In this document: in pieces, positions 8,580-21,274 of the stretch
Layout: each line of letters opens with the position of its first letter
How positions within the stretch are numbered: position 1 is the first letter of the stretch
Assembly (NCBI GenBank): GCA_977017645.1
Contig: OZ360247.1
Location: 21,018,001 to 21,082,000, forward strand
From: Torpedo marmorata
Taxonomy: Eukaryota
DNA: 64,000 nucleotides
Direction of reading: 5' to 3'
Notes under the pieces: model-generated
Databases searched by the model: none
What the model saw: the letters and a program-made list of their open reading frames with translations, nothing else
What the model was told of the DNA's origin: nothing
Position numbers and translations under genes: made by a program

Positions 8580-11500
8580 GTCAGTGATTTGGGTGAGTGG
8601 ACCAAATATTATATTTCCAAGATCGTCGATGATGCTAAAAACTCGGTGGGATTTGTGAGGATGGAGGAGGATGCAAAAAAGGCTTCAAGAGGATATAGAC
8701 AAACCATGTGCCTGGTTGAGATGAGCACACAGCAGCATGCCAAACAATTTAAGCAATTAATTTATGCAATTTAAGCAGTGTTTGCTAATGGTGAGAGATT
8801 GAAAGATGTTGATGTTCAAAGTATCCCAGCTGTGCTTGTACACAGTCACTGAAGGCTTAAATGCAGGTTCAACAAGCAATTAGGATGGGAAAATGGAATG
8901 TTGATCTTTCATAGATTCACGGAGATGTACAGCGCACTGTCCGTGCCAACCTGATGTCCATCCACATACAGCCCTTTTCCTGCATTGGGCTCGTATGCGT
9001 CTGTTCAAGATTCTGCTCATGGTTAGGTACACAGAAATACACATTTTCCCTTGTTTTCTTTACTATCCACGTACCTGTCCAAACGCCTTTCAAACATTGT
9101 CATTGGCCCTGCCTTCACCACTTCCTCTGACAGCTCGTTCCATATACCCATGATCCTCTGTGTGAAAATGTTATCCCTCAGATCACCTTTAAATTCCTAA
9201 TTTCTTACCTTAAACCCGTGTCTTCCATTTCTAGACTATCCTGCCCAGGGAAAAGATTCTGACTATCTATGCCCCTTATAATTTTGTAAGCCTCCAGAAG
9301 GTCACCACTCAACCTATTTGATCTCTCCTTGTAACTGCAGCCCTCCATTCCAGGCAACATGCTGGGAAATCTCTTCTGCGCTCTCTCTAATGCTACCACA
9401 TCCTTCAAGCAGTGTGGTAACAGAACTGTGCACTGTCCTCCAATGTTATACAGCTGTGATAGGATGTCCCAACTCTTATACTGAATACCGATGAAGGCAA
9501 ACATACCAAATGCCTTCTTCAATTACCCTATCCACCCATGTCACCACTTCCAGCGAGTTATGTACTTGCATCCCAAGGTTCCTCTACATCAATGCTCCCG
9601 GGGTCCAAGCTATTTACTCCATGCCAAGAGGATTTGAATACAGAAGAACAAGAAGGTCCTGTTATTACTGTGTAGGGCCTTTGCAGTTTGTAAGTTTTCA
9701 TCACCTTACCTAAGAAAGGATATACTTGCCATAGAATGGGCTCAACAGTTTCATCTGATGGCTTCCAGGTATCAGGGCTCAACAACGATCAGCATTGTAC
9801 AACACAGAAAGAGATCCTTTGGCTCTACTCATGCTTGCTGACCACGCTGTGATCTAAACTGGTCTCAACTCTCTGCATATACCTCTAAATCGTTCATATC
9901 CATGAACCCGTCTAATTGTCTTTAAATGTTGTAATTAACCCAACTTTGCCACTTCCTCTGGCAGTCTGTTCTTTATATCACTGCCCTCTGTTTGAAAAGC
10001 TTGCCCCTCAGATCCCCTTTCAAAATTCCCCCTCACTTTAAAACTATGACCTCTAGTTTTAGATTCTCCTGCCCGAGGAAAATGACTGTTTCCATCCATT
10101 TTATATATGTCCTTCATGATTTTATAAACCTCTCAGCCTTCTACGCTCCAGAAGAAACAGACCCTGCCTACTCGTCTCTCTATATAACTGAAGCCCTCGA
10201 GTCCCAGCAACATCCTCATGAATCTTCTCTGCAACCCTTTTGGCTTAATTACATCCTTCCTATAGTATGGTGACTAGAACAACAAACAATACTCCAGGTG
10301 TGGTCTCACCATAGAACATTACAGCACAGAAACAGGCCCTTCAGTCCTTCTAGTCTGTGACAAACTATTTTTCTGCCTAGTCCAACTGACCTGCACCCAG
10401 TCCATAGCCCTCCATACCTCTCCCATCCATGTAGCTGTCCAAATATTTCTTAAATGTTTAAATTGAGCCCGCATTCACCACTTCAGCTAGCAGCTCGTTC
10501 CACACTCCCATCACTCTCTGTGTGAGGAAGTTCCCCCTAAACTTTTTCCCTTTCATCCTTAACCCATGTCCTCTGGTTTGTATCTCATCTACCCTCAATG
10601 GAAAAATCCTACCTACATTTACTCTGTCTATACCCCTCAGAATTTTAAATACCTCGATCAAATCTCCCCACATTCTTCTACGCTCTAGGGAAAAAAGTCT
10701 TAACCTGTTTAACCTTTCCCTGTAACTCTGTTCCTGAAGTCCGTTTCCTAAATGGTTGTAAACTGATGTCCCAACTGTTCTCCATATTATGGCTGTGAGG
10801 GCAAGTATTCCATACGCCTTCTTCACCACCTCGTCAACCTGTATTGTCACTTTCAAGGAACTATAAGCTGTATCCCAATGTCTCTCTGTTCTACAACACT
10901 CTCCAGGGCTCTGTCATTTACCATTAAATCTTGCCTGGTTTAACTTCCCAAAGTGCATCACATCACACTAGCTTGTGAATTAAAATCTATCTGCCATTCC
11001 CTGGTCACTTCTCCTAGTTGAATTAGATCCTGCTGTGACCTTAGACAACCTTCTTCACTGTCCACCATATCACCAATTTTGGTGTCATCCACAAACTTCA
11101 CCCGCCATCTACATTCTCATCCAAGTTTTTCATATAGATGATGAACAACAGTGGTCATATCACCAATCCCTGCAGCACAACCCTGGTCACAGGCCACCAA
11201 TCCTCCACTACCACCCTCTGTCACCTACAAGCAAGCCAATTTTGTATCCAGTTGGCTACTCATCCTGAATCCATATGATCTCATCTTCTGAACCAACCAA
11301 CTATGCGGGACCTTAATGCGGGCTTTGCTAAAGTCCATGTTAAATTGTCCTTGGGTCCCTCTTGAGTCTCTCTCCCCTCATTTTAAACGTATGCCCTCCA
11401 GTTCTAGAACCATCTACAATGTGTCCATTCCTCTCATGATTTCATATCCCTCTTCAAAAATGCATATTTGTGAGATATGATTTGCCACACACAAAGCTAT

Positions 11501-13710
11501 GTTGACCATCACTAATCCCCTAAAAATATTCAAAACAACATACATTTTGAAGAGAATGATGAGGGCAGGGAAGTTGACATTGTCTACATGGACCTGCAAG
11601 GCCCTTGACAAGATTCTACATAGTTGGCTAGACCAGAAGTTTAGATCGCAAGGGAGCCAGGGTGAGCTGACCAAATTGATACAGATTTGGCTTGATGGTA
11701 TGTGACAGAAGGTGGTTACTCAGATTGGAGCCTGTGACCAGTGGTGTGCCGCAGGGTCAGTGCTGGGTCCTCCGTTGTTTGTTATCTATATGAAAGTAGT
11801 TATCATAGTTTGTGGATGACACCAAAATTGATGGTATTGTGGAGAGTGAAGTAGATTATCTGAGATTGCAACAGGATCTAGATCAACTGGGGAAGTGGAC
11901 CAAGGGATGGCAGATGGGTGAGATATTGCACTTTAGTAGTTTAAACCAGAGCAGGACTTGCATGGTGAATGGTAGGGCCCGGAGAGAGACCTAGGGATAC
12001 AGGTGCACAGTTCCATGAACGTGGCGACACAGGTAGACAGGCTTATAGAGTCACACAGCAAGCAAACAGGCCCAGAGGCTCAGCTTGTCCATGTCAAACA
12101 ACGTGCCCTCCTGCTGAGGCCCTATTTGGCCCGCATTAGGCCCAAACCCCTCCAATCTGTGTAATTATCCAAAGGCTTTTTAAAAGCTAATGCTTCGTCT
12201 GGCAGATTGTTTCATATGCCACCACCCTCTGAGTGAAGAACTGTCTAATCACATCCTATAGAGTCATTCAGCACTGAACTGATGTCCTTCCTATAGCTGA
12301 ATGACAATGATTAGAAAGGGCATCAAAGGTTATGGAGAGAAGACAAGAAAATGGGGTTGACAGGAAGAATACGTGAGCCATGATTCGAATGGTGGAGCAG
12401 ACTCGATGGCCCAATGGCCTAATTCTGCTATCTCTTACGGTCTTATAACTGTACACAGTATTCTAAGTGTGGTCTCACCAACGAGGTCCCAACCTTTGTA
12501 ATCAGTACCCTACCCAATGAAGGCCAGCATGCCAAATGCCTTTGACACCACCTTATCCACCTGAGTTGCCACTTTCAGGGAAATATGCACCCTGTACCTG
12601 AGCTCTCTCTGCTCTACAACACTCTCCAGGGCCCCACCATTCACTGCACAAGTCCTGCCCTGGTTTGACATACCAACACCTCACACTTGTCATAATTAAA
12701 TACCATTTGCCACTCCTTGGCCACCTTCCCAACTGATCTAGATCATGTTGTAAACTTAGATACCTTTCCTCACTGTCCACTACACACCAGTTGTGGCATT
12801 ATCCACAAATTTACGTTTCAAGTTAACTATACAGCCTTTCAAATTGTTAATATAGAAGACAAACTGCATGGACCCAGTACCAACCCCCGTGGCACTCCAC
12901 TGGACACAGGCCTTTAATCAAAAAAACATGCTTCTATTACTACCATGACCATAAGAATAGGAGCAGAAATAGGCCATGCAGCCCATCGAGTCTGCCCCGC
13001 CATTTAATCATGAGCTGATCCATTTTCCCACTCAGCCCCACTGCCCGGCCTTCTCCCCATAACCTTTGATGCCCTGGCTAATCAAGAACCTATCAATCTC
13101 TGCCTTAAATACAGCCAATGACCTGGCCTCCACAACCGCCTATGGCAACAAATTCCACAGATTTACTACCGTCTAGCTAAAGAAATTCCTCTGCATCTCT
13201 CTTCTAAGCGGACGCCCTTCAATCCTGAAGTTGTGCCCTCTTGTCCTAGACTCTCCCACCATGGGAAACAACCTTTCTACATCTACTCTGTCCATGCCTT
13301 TCAACATTTTAAATATTTCAATGAGATAACCCTCATTCTCCTAAATTCCAATGTGCGCAGGCCAAGAGCTGTCAAACGCTCCTCACATGATAACCCTTTC
13401 ATTCTCAGAATCATCCTTGTGAACCTCCTCTGAACTACCTTTGTCTCCTTCCACTGTCAGTTTTGAATCCAATGTGCTAGCTCCACTTGGATTCGCAGTA
13501 ATCTAACCTTCCTGACTAACCTGTCAAAGTCCATACAGACAACATCCACTGCACTGCCCTCATCAATTCTCTTGGTGATAGGATGATGAAGGGATATCAT
13601 GTGACAACTGAACAAGATGTTGGTGAGATGGCACTTGGAGTATTGTGCGCAGTTCTGGTCACCTAGGTACAGGAATTATATCACTTAGCTGTAAAGATGC
13701 CGAAAAACCT
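8580..13710. mobile_element. Dense nest of CR1 LINE fragments in both orientations
   Basis: ORF2 remnants: DDTKIDGIVESEVDYLRLQQDLDQLGKW (11812-11994 +), KKAFGMFAFI...LERAQKRF (9205-9522 -), LERRRMWGDLIEVFKILRGIDRV...TRGHGLR (10458-10856 -), LQHDLDQLGRW (12553-12780 -). A younger 3' end is nested at ~10311-10742. Confidence 0.88.
12945..13433 (-). mobile_element. Younger CR1 3' end inserted into an older CR1
   Basis: Flanked by the direct repeat ACTACC (12939-12944 and 13434-13439); tail GATGGGCTGCATGGCCTATTTCTGCTCCTATTCTTATGGTC. Confidence 0.8.
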
Positions 13711-13711
13711 G

Positions 13712-13801
13712 TCAGGAAGAAGATTCAAGAGTATGGTTCATGCACAAGATTCAAAGACAGTTTTTTTTTCCTGCAACTATCAGGCTCCTGAATGAACCTC
13801 A
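13712..13801 (+). mobile_element. Rex1/Babar-like LINE 3' fragment (probably resumes at ~14222-14330)
   Basis: GGAAGAAGATTCAAGAGT...AGATTCAAAGACAGTTTTTTT..CCTGCAACTATCAGGCTCCTGAAT gives GRRFKS...RFKDSFFPATIRLLN, the Rex/Babar C-terminal motif. Confidence 0.65.
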
Positions 13802-13811
13802 TACTAGTAAA

Positions 13812-14211
13812 CTAATGGAGGAGCAACACCTAATTTTCCGTCTGGGAACTCTCCAACCGGATGGCATTAACATCAACTTCTCTGGTTTCTACTAGCCCAC
13901 TCCCCGTTCTCCCTCTCTTCCCTTTCCCTCTTCTTTCCTCCAGCTCTCCACCCCCCCTCTCCACTCACAGAGCCATCCCCTCTCCCTCTGTTTGCTGGTG
14001 TGCCCTCCCTCCCTTATCCCCCTATTACCTCTTGCCTGTGGGACTGTGTTCCTCCCCCTGCTCCTCTCCCACCATTTTGTTCAGGCGCCTGCCTACATTT
14101 TTGCTCATTCCTTGATGAAGGGCTCAAGCTCGAAACATTGGTTATGTATCTTTAGCTTTGCTATATAAAGTACACTGTTTGACCTGCTGAGTTTCTCCAG
14201 CATTGCGTTTT
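13812..14211 (+). mobile_element. Penelope-like element 3' fragment with hammerhead-like core
   Basis: EEQHLIFRLGTLQPDGININF (end of GIY-YIG domain); pseudo-LTR motifs TTGATGAAGGGCTCAAGCTCGAAAC and GACCTGCTGAGTTTCTCCAGCATT; flanking direct repeat TACTAGTAAA (13802-13811 and 14212-14221). Confidence 0.85.
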
Positions 14212-14391
14212 TACTAGTAAAATAATGTTGTCCTTACTCTGTTCAAACTTCTCTCTCACTGTAACTCTACCCTCTTCACTGTGTTTGTGCATGGATAGCA
14301 CGCAAAACAAACCTTTTTCACAACCTTGCAGTAGTGCATCGAGAGGATATCCGTGAGGGATTGTCCTGTCGGGTCATATAGAGAGACTTAG

Positions 14392-14503
14392 CCCTTTAGA
14401 TTCCAGTCATTTTTAACCTTTCATAATATCTACCCCAGACAGGGTCCATAGGTAAACTACAGTACGAACACCAACATGAACCAGCTGGGGGTTGGGTATA
14501 AAA
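14392..14503. mobile_element. Truncated second copy of the piggyBac-type MITE
   Basis: Aligns by eye with 5535-5646 (CCCTTTAGATTC...CATTTTTAACCTTTCATAAT...GGTAAACTACAGTAC...CCAGCTGG..GGTTGGGTATAAAA); right TIR absent. Confidence 0.85.
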
Positions 14504-14785
14504 GGGTGGGGAGGGCAATGGGGATGGGGAGGGGGGTGGGGAGGGCGGTGGGGGGGCGTTGGGGATGGGGGGTGGGGATGGGGGGTGGGGATGGGGGGTG
14601 GGGATGGGGGGTGGGGGGTGGGGGAGGGGGGTGGGGATGGGGGGTGGGGGGTGGGGGAGGGGGGTGGGGATGGGGGGTGGGGGATGGGGAGGGGGGTGGG
14701 GAGGGGGTGGGGGAGGGCGGTGGGGATGGGGGGTGGGGGTGGGGGGTGGGGATGGGGGAGGGGGTGGGGATGGGGGGTGGTGGGT
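14504..14785 (+). repeat. G-rich simple repeat (GGGGATGGGGGGT / GGGGAGGGGGT)n
   Basis: Directly visible; source of the Pro/His- and Gly/Trp-rich pseudo-ORFs. Confidence 0.95.
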
Positions 14786-14869
14786 AGAGAAAAGCAGGAA
14801 AACTGGGGAAATCAGCACTGGGGAAAGGAAAACAACACAAATGAAAAAGCAGAAGGGGAGAGAAGAGCA

Positions 14870-15215
14870 ACAGCATGTGAAAGCAGAACAGAACAGGCCC
14901 TTCTGCCCACATGTCTCTGCTGAACATGATGCCTAATTTATACCAAAACATGATTCATATCCCTCTATTCCCTGCAGATTCATGTGTCTATCTACAAGCC
15001 TCTGAAACTATTGTATCTGCTTCAACCACTACTCCTGGAAGCGCGTTCTAGGCACCCACCACTCCCTGTAAATAAAAACTTGCCCCACACATCTCCTTCA
15101 AACCACCCCTCCCAACCTTAAATACATGTCTTCCAGTATGACATCTTTACCCCAGGAAAAAGATTTTGACTATCTACCCCATCTAGCCCTATCGTAATCT
15201 AAAAATCCTATCAGC
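14870..15215 (-). mobile_element. CR1 LINE 3' fragment
   Basis: ACAGAACAGGCCCTTCTGCCCAC tail and the CACCACTCCCTGTAAATAAAAACTTGCCCC motif in reverse orientation. Confidence 0.75.
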
Positions 15216-15274
15216 CTTCCTCTCGCCCTTTTTGGAAGACCTGAGGTAAAGCGTGGAAACAAAGTAGATCAGCC

Positions 15275-15390
15275 TAAAGATTATGCTGAAGGTATATTGT
15301 GCCACTGCCACACCCACCACTCTCTAGACTGTGAGACATGGACAGTGTACAGTGGACATGCCAAACATTTAACTGCCTCCACATTTACCA
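15275..15390 (+). mobile_element. RTE (BovB-like) LINE short fragment
   Basis: CTGAAGGTATATTGTGCC...TGTGAGACATGGACAGTGTAC..CATGCCAAA gives LKVYCA...CETWTVYSGHAK, the RTE post-RT motif. Confidence 0.7.
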
Positions 15391-15554
15391 TAACACCATT
15401 TCTATACCATGAAGGACCACGTCAAAGTCCATGTATATAACGTAATCCACTCTGCCCTCATCAATCTTCTTGGTCATCTCTTCATAAATCTCCATAAAAT
15501 GCACAAGGTACAATTTCCCATGTACATAGCCATGGTGACTATCTCTCCATAAAG

Positions 15555-18380
15555 TAGCTGCTCTGGTATTCTGTCACCAAACATTCTTCTGACATGTCCT
15601 ACCCATCTGATCAGTGATTCTTTCAGCAGTGCTGAAGAGGTTTGTCCGACACAGAATCTGTGTGTTTGGAATCTTGCCCTGCTACTTGATGTGAAATATT
15701 CTGCACAGACAGGTCATGTGGAGGTGGTTAAGTGTCTTGCATGTTTGCTGTAAACTGTCTATGTCTCGCACGTCTGCTGTACACTGGCATTTCTCGCATG
15801 TATAGTGGGTGTGACAACAGCACAATGCATCTTCAGCTTGGCCTTTAAGCCAATCCTCTTTGTTCCCACACTTCTGCCTTCCAAAAGCAGAGCTGGTTTT
15901 TGCTACCCTGCTGTTGACCTCGTCATCGATGTGGACTCATCCTGAGAGAGTGCTGCCGAGGTATGTGAACTTGTCCACCACTGAAAGCCCCTGACCATTC
16001 ACAAGGATGATTGGTGTTTGTTGTTGGTTGGTTCATTATTTCTGTTTTCTTTGTTTAATTGTGAGGCCAGTGTTGCCACGGTCACTGGCATCAGTAAAGG
16101 TCCTTTAAGTGGTTTCCTTACTTTGTGCTTGGCTAAGCATCTCCTGAGGTTAAAGAGCATGCCATCAGTCCTGGATTTAAGACGGATGCCCTCATCTTTA
16201 TGAGGATAGGCATCAGACAGCATTGCAAAGAACATCATGCTAAACAGCGTGGGAGCAAGCACACAGACTTGTTTCCCAACACTGATGACCATAAATTGAT
16301 CTGAAATTCTGTCATCCATTACACTGGCCATCACACCATCACGAAGTTGTCAGACAATTGTACTGAACGTTTTGGGGCAACCGTACTTTGCGATGATCTT
16401 CCTCAGGCCCTCATGACAGTGTCGAATGCTTCAGTGAGTTTGACAAAGGTGGTGAACTGGCTGCAGTTTTGATGTTTCTCAAAGAGCTGTCTTACTGTGA
16501 AGACCATATCTGCTGTTCCAGGAGCTTCATGGAAATCACTCCGACTTCTGGAAGTAGGCTTCCCGCAATGTGAGCGATCAGTCTGCTTAACAGGCCCAAT
16601 GAGGATTGAAGAGATTCCTCTGTGATTATCACAGAGGATGGTTCCCTTACACTTATCCAGGTGTGTAATTGAGGCATCGTTGAAGTCTAGGGTGCCTTAT
16701 GCTTTTTCCATAACATTTGAAGTAACTCTCTTAGTTTCTCAATCAACAGTGGTGCTCCTTCTTTGAAGACTTCCTGATGGAGCATCTGTTTCTATAGCTG
16801 TTCCAGATAACACTGGACATTTTTTTTCAAAAGGTTTGCTTCCTGAAAAAAAATGGGGATTATGATGGACTGAACACAAAGATAATTTCAGATTTGCTGT
16901 ATCATGTAGGGAGTTGAAGAAACATTAAATTGACCTTTATTGAATTTAGCATGTTTAATCACATAATGATGTTGACACATTGCGTTAGTTCAACAGACCT
17001 AAAAATGTTTTGCCACTGATTTTCGTGTGAGGAGTCCAGGGTTTGTCTTGGTCACCAATTTTACAACCGAAATAGAGCTCATAGGCTTTCTTAATAAGTG
17101 CGTCTTAAGCGTATACTCGCCACAAATGTAACAGAATGTATCGCAACTGTTGCGACATTGACGAGACATTTCTGCTGTATTGAATCTTCCTGAAGACAAT
17201 AAATGGTATTGTTAAGTACACTCACTATGCTACTGTCTGAAGAACATGTGCATCAGTATGCATTCAATCTATCATCAATGTAATGCACAGCATCTGTATA
17301 TGTGAGCTGCTTTATAGCCTGTCTGCATCTATCCTGACTAAGCATGCTCAGGCCTAAGACAACATTTGCATAGCACCTGCACTGAGTGCATGCCCAGGCA
17401 TGCTTGGACTGACCAAAACAGCTTGCTTGATTTGTGGGCAATATACTAGTAAAAATATGACAGAAAATCACAAAAATAGGTTATATCTAAAAAACAGTAC
17501 ATTATAGGAAATTTTTAAGATGATTTTCATGATGAGCAGCCCAAAATCCTTAAAATACACCCAAAAGTGTTCAGGAAGCAAAATCTTCGTTGTCCAGTGT
17601 AATCATTGTGATGCCAATTTCAGCACTTCTGCCAGTCTTCAGGTTCAGCAGGAGTGAGGCTTGTTGTAGATTGTGGAACGTGATCTATTGCTTCATCACT
17701 AACTGTAGATGGTCCATTTAGGCCAGAGTTGAAATGCTCAGCCCTCTATGGTCTACTTTTTTCAGTGATTAAGTCAGTCCACTCGGTAGAGGTGATTGTG
17801 CTTTTTGCCAAGAAGAGACTTGATTTCATCATTATTTTCATCAAACCTGTTTTTCTTTTCCATGTCTTTGGTCCAAGCTTCCCACAGGCAGTTCTGTTTA
17901 GGGTATCTCTGAATAGGACCCAACCATCATTTACACCATCAAGACTGAGGTCCAGATTAGCCAACTGGTCATCCAGCTCTGCTACAAACTCTTGCTTCAC
18001 TGTACCATCCTTGAGTTGTTTACATTAAGTTGTTTAACAGAATTTATGTCTTGGGACACCTCTTAGTATAGAGTCTCAATCCAGCAATCTGCCCCACACA
18101 TAACCGTAGTCACCACCAAGTCTTGCAGGTCTTTTTCCCAATAACAAAGTCGATGAGATGCAGTTCCTGGAGCTTGGATGTGCAGATGGAGTTTTGTGAT
18201 GCCGGATTGGTGTTGGTTATGATTAGATCACCCAATGTTGCACCGTTTGGCCATCACCTTTCCACTCATTGGCTCCTCTCCAAGCATGGTCCATTCCAAC
18301 TCTTCAGTGGAAGAATGATGAGTTTCTCTCTCCTGGTTACAGCTGAGATCACTGACCCCAGACCTTCATAGAACTTCTTG
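15555..18380 (-). mobile_element. RTE-BovB-like LINE, degenerate, interrupted by a Chapaev3 element
   Basis: Endonuclease remnant KKFYEGLGSVISAV..EKLIIL (~18310-18380); RT motif KQ.CVLAPTLFSMMF; GIRLKSRTDGMLFNLRR.LAK.KV; KFTYLGSTLS; many stops and frameshifts. Confidence 0.85.
16811..17599 (-). mobile_element. Chapaev3-type (CMC) DNA transposon deletion derivative retaining the transposase N-terminus
   Basis: Termini CACTGGACA...TGTCCAGTG; TAA duplication at 16808-16810 and 17600-17602. Encodes MSRQCRNSCDTFCYICGEYTLK, then after a frameshift LIKKAYELYFGCKIGDQDKPWTPH, then jumps to the terminal RKSVAKHF*. Confidence 0.82.
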
Positions 18381-18429
18381 GAACCTCAGAGGAAATGCAC
18401 CAAGTTGTGTGGGAAAAAGAAAGTTGGAG

Positions 18430-18795
18430 TAGTGAGGGAAAAGGAAGAGAGCATCAGAGGAATCTATAAATCTCCAACAGGATCAGACAGACTGGACTTG
18501 GGGAGGATCTTGCTGATGTCCTCCAGAGCCAGGGCTCACAGTCTCAGGATACAGGGGTATCACAGAGCAGAGATCAGAAGGAAGTTCTACACCTATGAAC
18601 CCATGAGATACCTGCCACAGAAAGCAACAGAGGCCACACCAGCAAATATGTTCAAGGAAATGCCTGGTGCATTGCTCATTGCTGAAGGAGTAGGAGTTGT
18701 GTGGGAAAGGTGGGAACGGATGATCAGCCACAATGATGGAGCAGGCATTTGGGCAAAAGAGCACTCTCCTGCTCCTATTTTCCATGTTTCCATGT
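18430..18795 (+). mobile_element. CR1 LINE 3' fragment
   Basis: SRARAHSLRIQG...EIRRKF remnant and tail GATCAGCCAC..GATGGAGCAGGC..CTCCTGCTCCTATTTTCCATGTTTC. Confidence 0.75.
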
Positions 18796-19392
18796 CTCTA
18801 TTAGAGAAAATATCGGAGGAGAAGCAGCAAGGAGGATGAAGGGAAATGCACCCAGCGAGACAACACGGGTGAAATGAAGGAGCTGATGTGGAAAGTGGAC
18901 AAGAGAAAAATAATGTGGCAGCAGAGAAAGGGGGTGAGACAACGTCAAGAAAACGGCAACAGGGAACAGAAAACACGGTGAAAGATAAAGCAGCAGCAGA
19001 AAAGGAATGATAAAGAAATCAGACCAAAGGAATGGAGCAGGATAAGAGTCCAAGTAAAATAGTACGGAGAAAAGGATATGTGGTCCGTGGAGCAGGGAAA
19101 GAAAGTGGGAACAGGAGAAAACACAGCAGGATAAGGAAAAGTGGCTGTAGGCAAGGGAGGAGGCAGTGGGAGAAAGGAGAGGACAGCGGGAGAAAGGAAA
19201 CTGCATCAGGGAACGCAAAATGGGCATCAGGAAGAAGGAAAGTTTGAGGAGAATATGCAGCAGAGAAGGAAAGTATGAGGAGATGGGACTACGCAGCAGA
19301 GAGAGTGAATGGCACAAACAGCAAGGAAAAGGACAGCAAGAGATGAGAAAAAAATAACAGGTGAAGGGAAAGAGAATCAACAATAGGAAAGA

Positions 19393-20508
19393 CATTTAAA
19401 GATTGTTTTGAAGCTGGTAGATTTATTACTTTTCAAAGGTTAAAAGAAAAATTTAATATATTAGATAATACAATGTTAGTTTATTTTCAAGTTAAAGCTT
19501 TTTTGATTGAGAGATTAGGGAATGAATTAATAGCACCAAGACAAAATGAATTGGAATTGTTAATTACTAAAGCTAATATTAATAAGTTTATATCACAAAT
19601 GTATAAATTGTTTCAGAGAAAGATGTTTAAAGTAGGGTTGCATAAATCTAGATTAAAATGGGAATTAGACTTAAATGTTAATATAGATGAAAATCATTGG
19701 AAAGATTTATGTAAATTAAGTATGACTAAAGTTATTAATGTTAGATATAGATTAGTACAATATAATTTTTTCATCAATTATATTTGACACCTAAAAAATT
19801 GAAGAAATTTAATCCAGCGTTATCAGATATGTGTTTTAGATGTAAAAGTGAAATAGGTTCTTTTGTACATTGTACATGGTTATGTTCAAAAATTCAAGAT
19901 TTTTGGTTGAAAGTCAAGAATTTCTTAGAGAGAATTTTTAATATTGAGTTTACAATGGATCCTATGTTATTTTTATTTGGGGATATTAAAAAATTTAGTA
20001 TTAGAAACAGATTAAATATGTACCAAGTAGAATTTTTACGTATAGTATTAGCAGTTTCGAAAAAGTGTATAGCTATTACTTGGAAGTCAGATGTGGATTT
20101 AAATTTAGAACGATGGCATGCAGAGTTACGTTCATGTATACCTTTAGAAAAAATTACTTATAATCTGCGAAATAAATATCATTCTTTTTTGAAAATTTGG
20201 GGCCCATATATGAGGATTATGGGTTTAACAATGTAAATTCTCTGGATGTCAGATCCACTGGCGAAATAACCTCTAAGGTAAATTAGTTTTAAGTTGTTGT
20301 CTCCTCATTCTATTTTTCTATCTTTCCTTTTTCTTTTCTCTTTACTATATTATTATTTTTTAGAGTAGAGGGGATATAGGGGTTAGGGTGGGGAGGGCGG
20401 GAAGGGGGGGAGAAAATGTAAATCACATGTATTTTTCTCTGAAATATATGCAAAATTATTTTATGTAATTTGTGATTTTAAAATTTAAATAAAATATTTA
20501 AAAAAAAA
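19393..20508 (+). mobile_element. L1/Tx1-clade LINE, 5'-truncated, with poly(A) and TSD
   Basis: ORF2 C-terminus with zinc knuckle CFRC-x8-H-x4-C; one frameshift near 19770; T-rich and G-rich 3' UTR, AATAAA, A-tail; 14-bp TSD AACAATAGGAAAGA (19379-19392 and 20509-20522). Confidence 0.93.
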
Positions 20509-20557
20509 AACAATAGGAAAGATCAGGAGGAAATAAAATCAAGGAAAATGGGAATTA

Positions 20558-20806
20558 AACAAGAAAATCTGCAGACGAGGTGATTGTAGTTTACACAAAA
20601 ATGCTGGAGAAACTCAACAAGTCACGCAGCGTTCTTTATGTAGCAAAGATGAAGATACATAACTAACGTTTCGGGCCTGAGCCCTTCATCAAGGTATGAG
20701 CAAAAAGCAGGCAGGTGTCTGAACAAAATGGTGGGGGGAGGGGGCAGGGGAGGAGCACGGTCCCATGGGCAGGAGGACCGGCCGAGTTTCTCCAGCGTTT
20801 TTGTGG
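20558..20806 (-). mobile_element. Penelope-derived short element with inverted terminal segments and hammerhead-like core
   Basis: Homologous to 14030-14210. CACAAAAATGCTGGAGAAACTC (~20594) is inverted relative to GAGTTTCTCCAGCGTTTTTGTG (~20784); minus-strand core TTGATGAAGGGCTCAGGCCCGAAACGTT. Confidence 0.85.
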
Positions 20807-21274
20807 AAAATAAAATGGGAAGGATTGCAGCAGAAAAGAAGGAAAAACAAAACATGACAGGTAAAAGAGCCGAGGAAAGCAACCGTAAAGGGAAAGTGGA
20901 AGATAATCAGGAGAAAGGAGACCAGCAAAAAAAAAAAAAAAACAACCCAAAGGGCAGAATTAATTTGCATTTAGAGTGGCAGGAATTAATCCTGGCACTC
21001 AGCATGGTTTTGTGGGGGAGAAGCGGTTTAACTCATTTGAGTGAGGTTAGTCAGTGCATCAAAGAGGGCAGTGTGAATGATTAAGCCCGCATGGACTTCG
21101 GTAAAACAAGGGCCAATATAGCAGACTGGTCCAAAAGATTAGCGCTTATGTCAGCGTTAGCAGCTGTTAAACTAGATCCAAATTTGGCTTGGTGATAGGA
21201 GAGATGGTGATGGTGGGCTGGGTTTGTGATTGGAAGCCAGTGACTATTGATGTAGTCATTTTATACACAGTATA

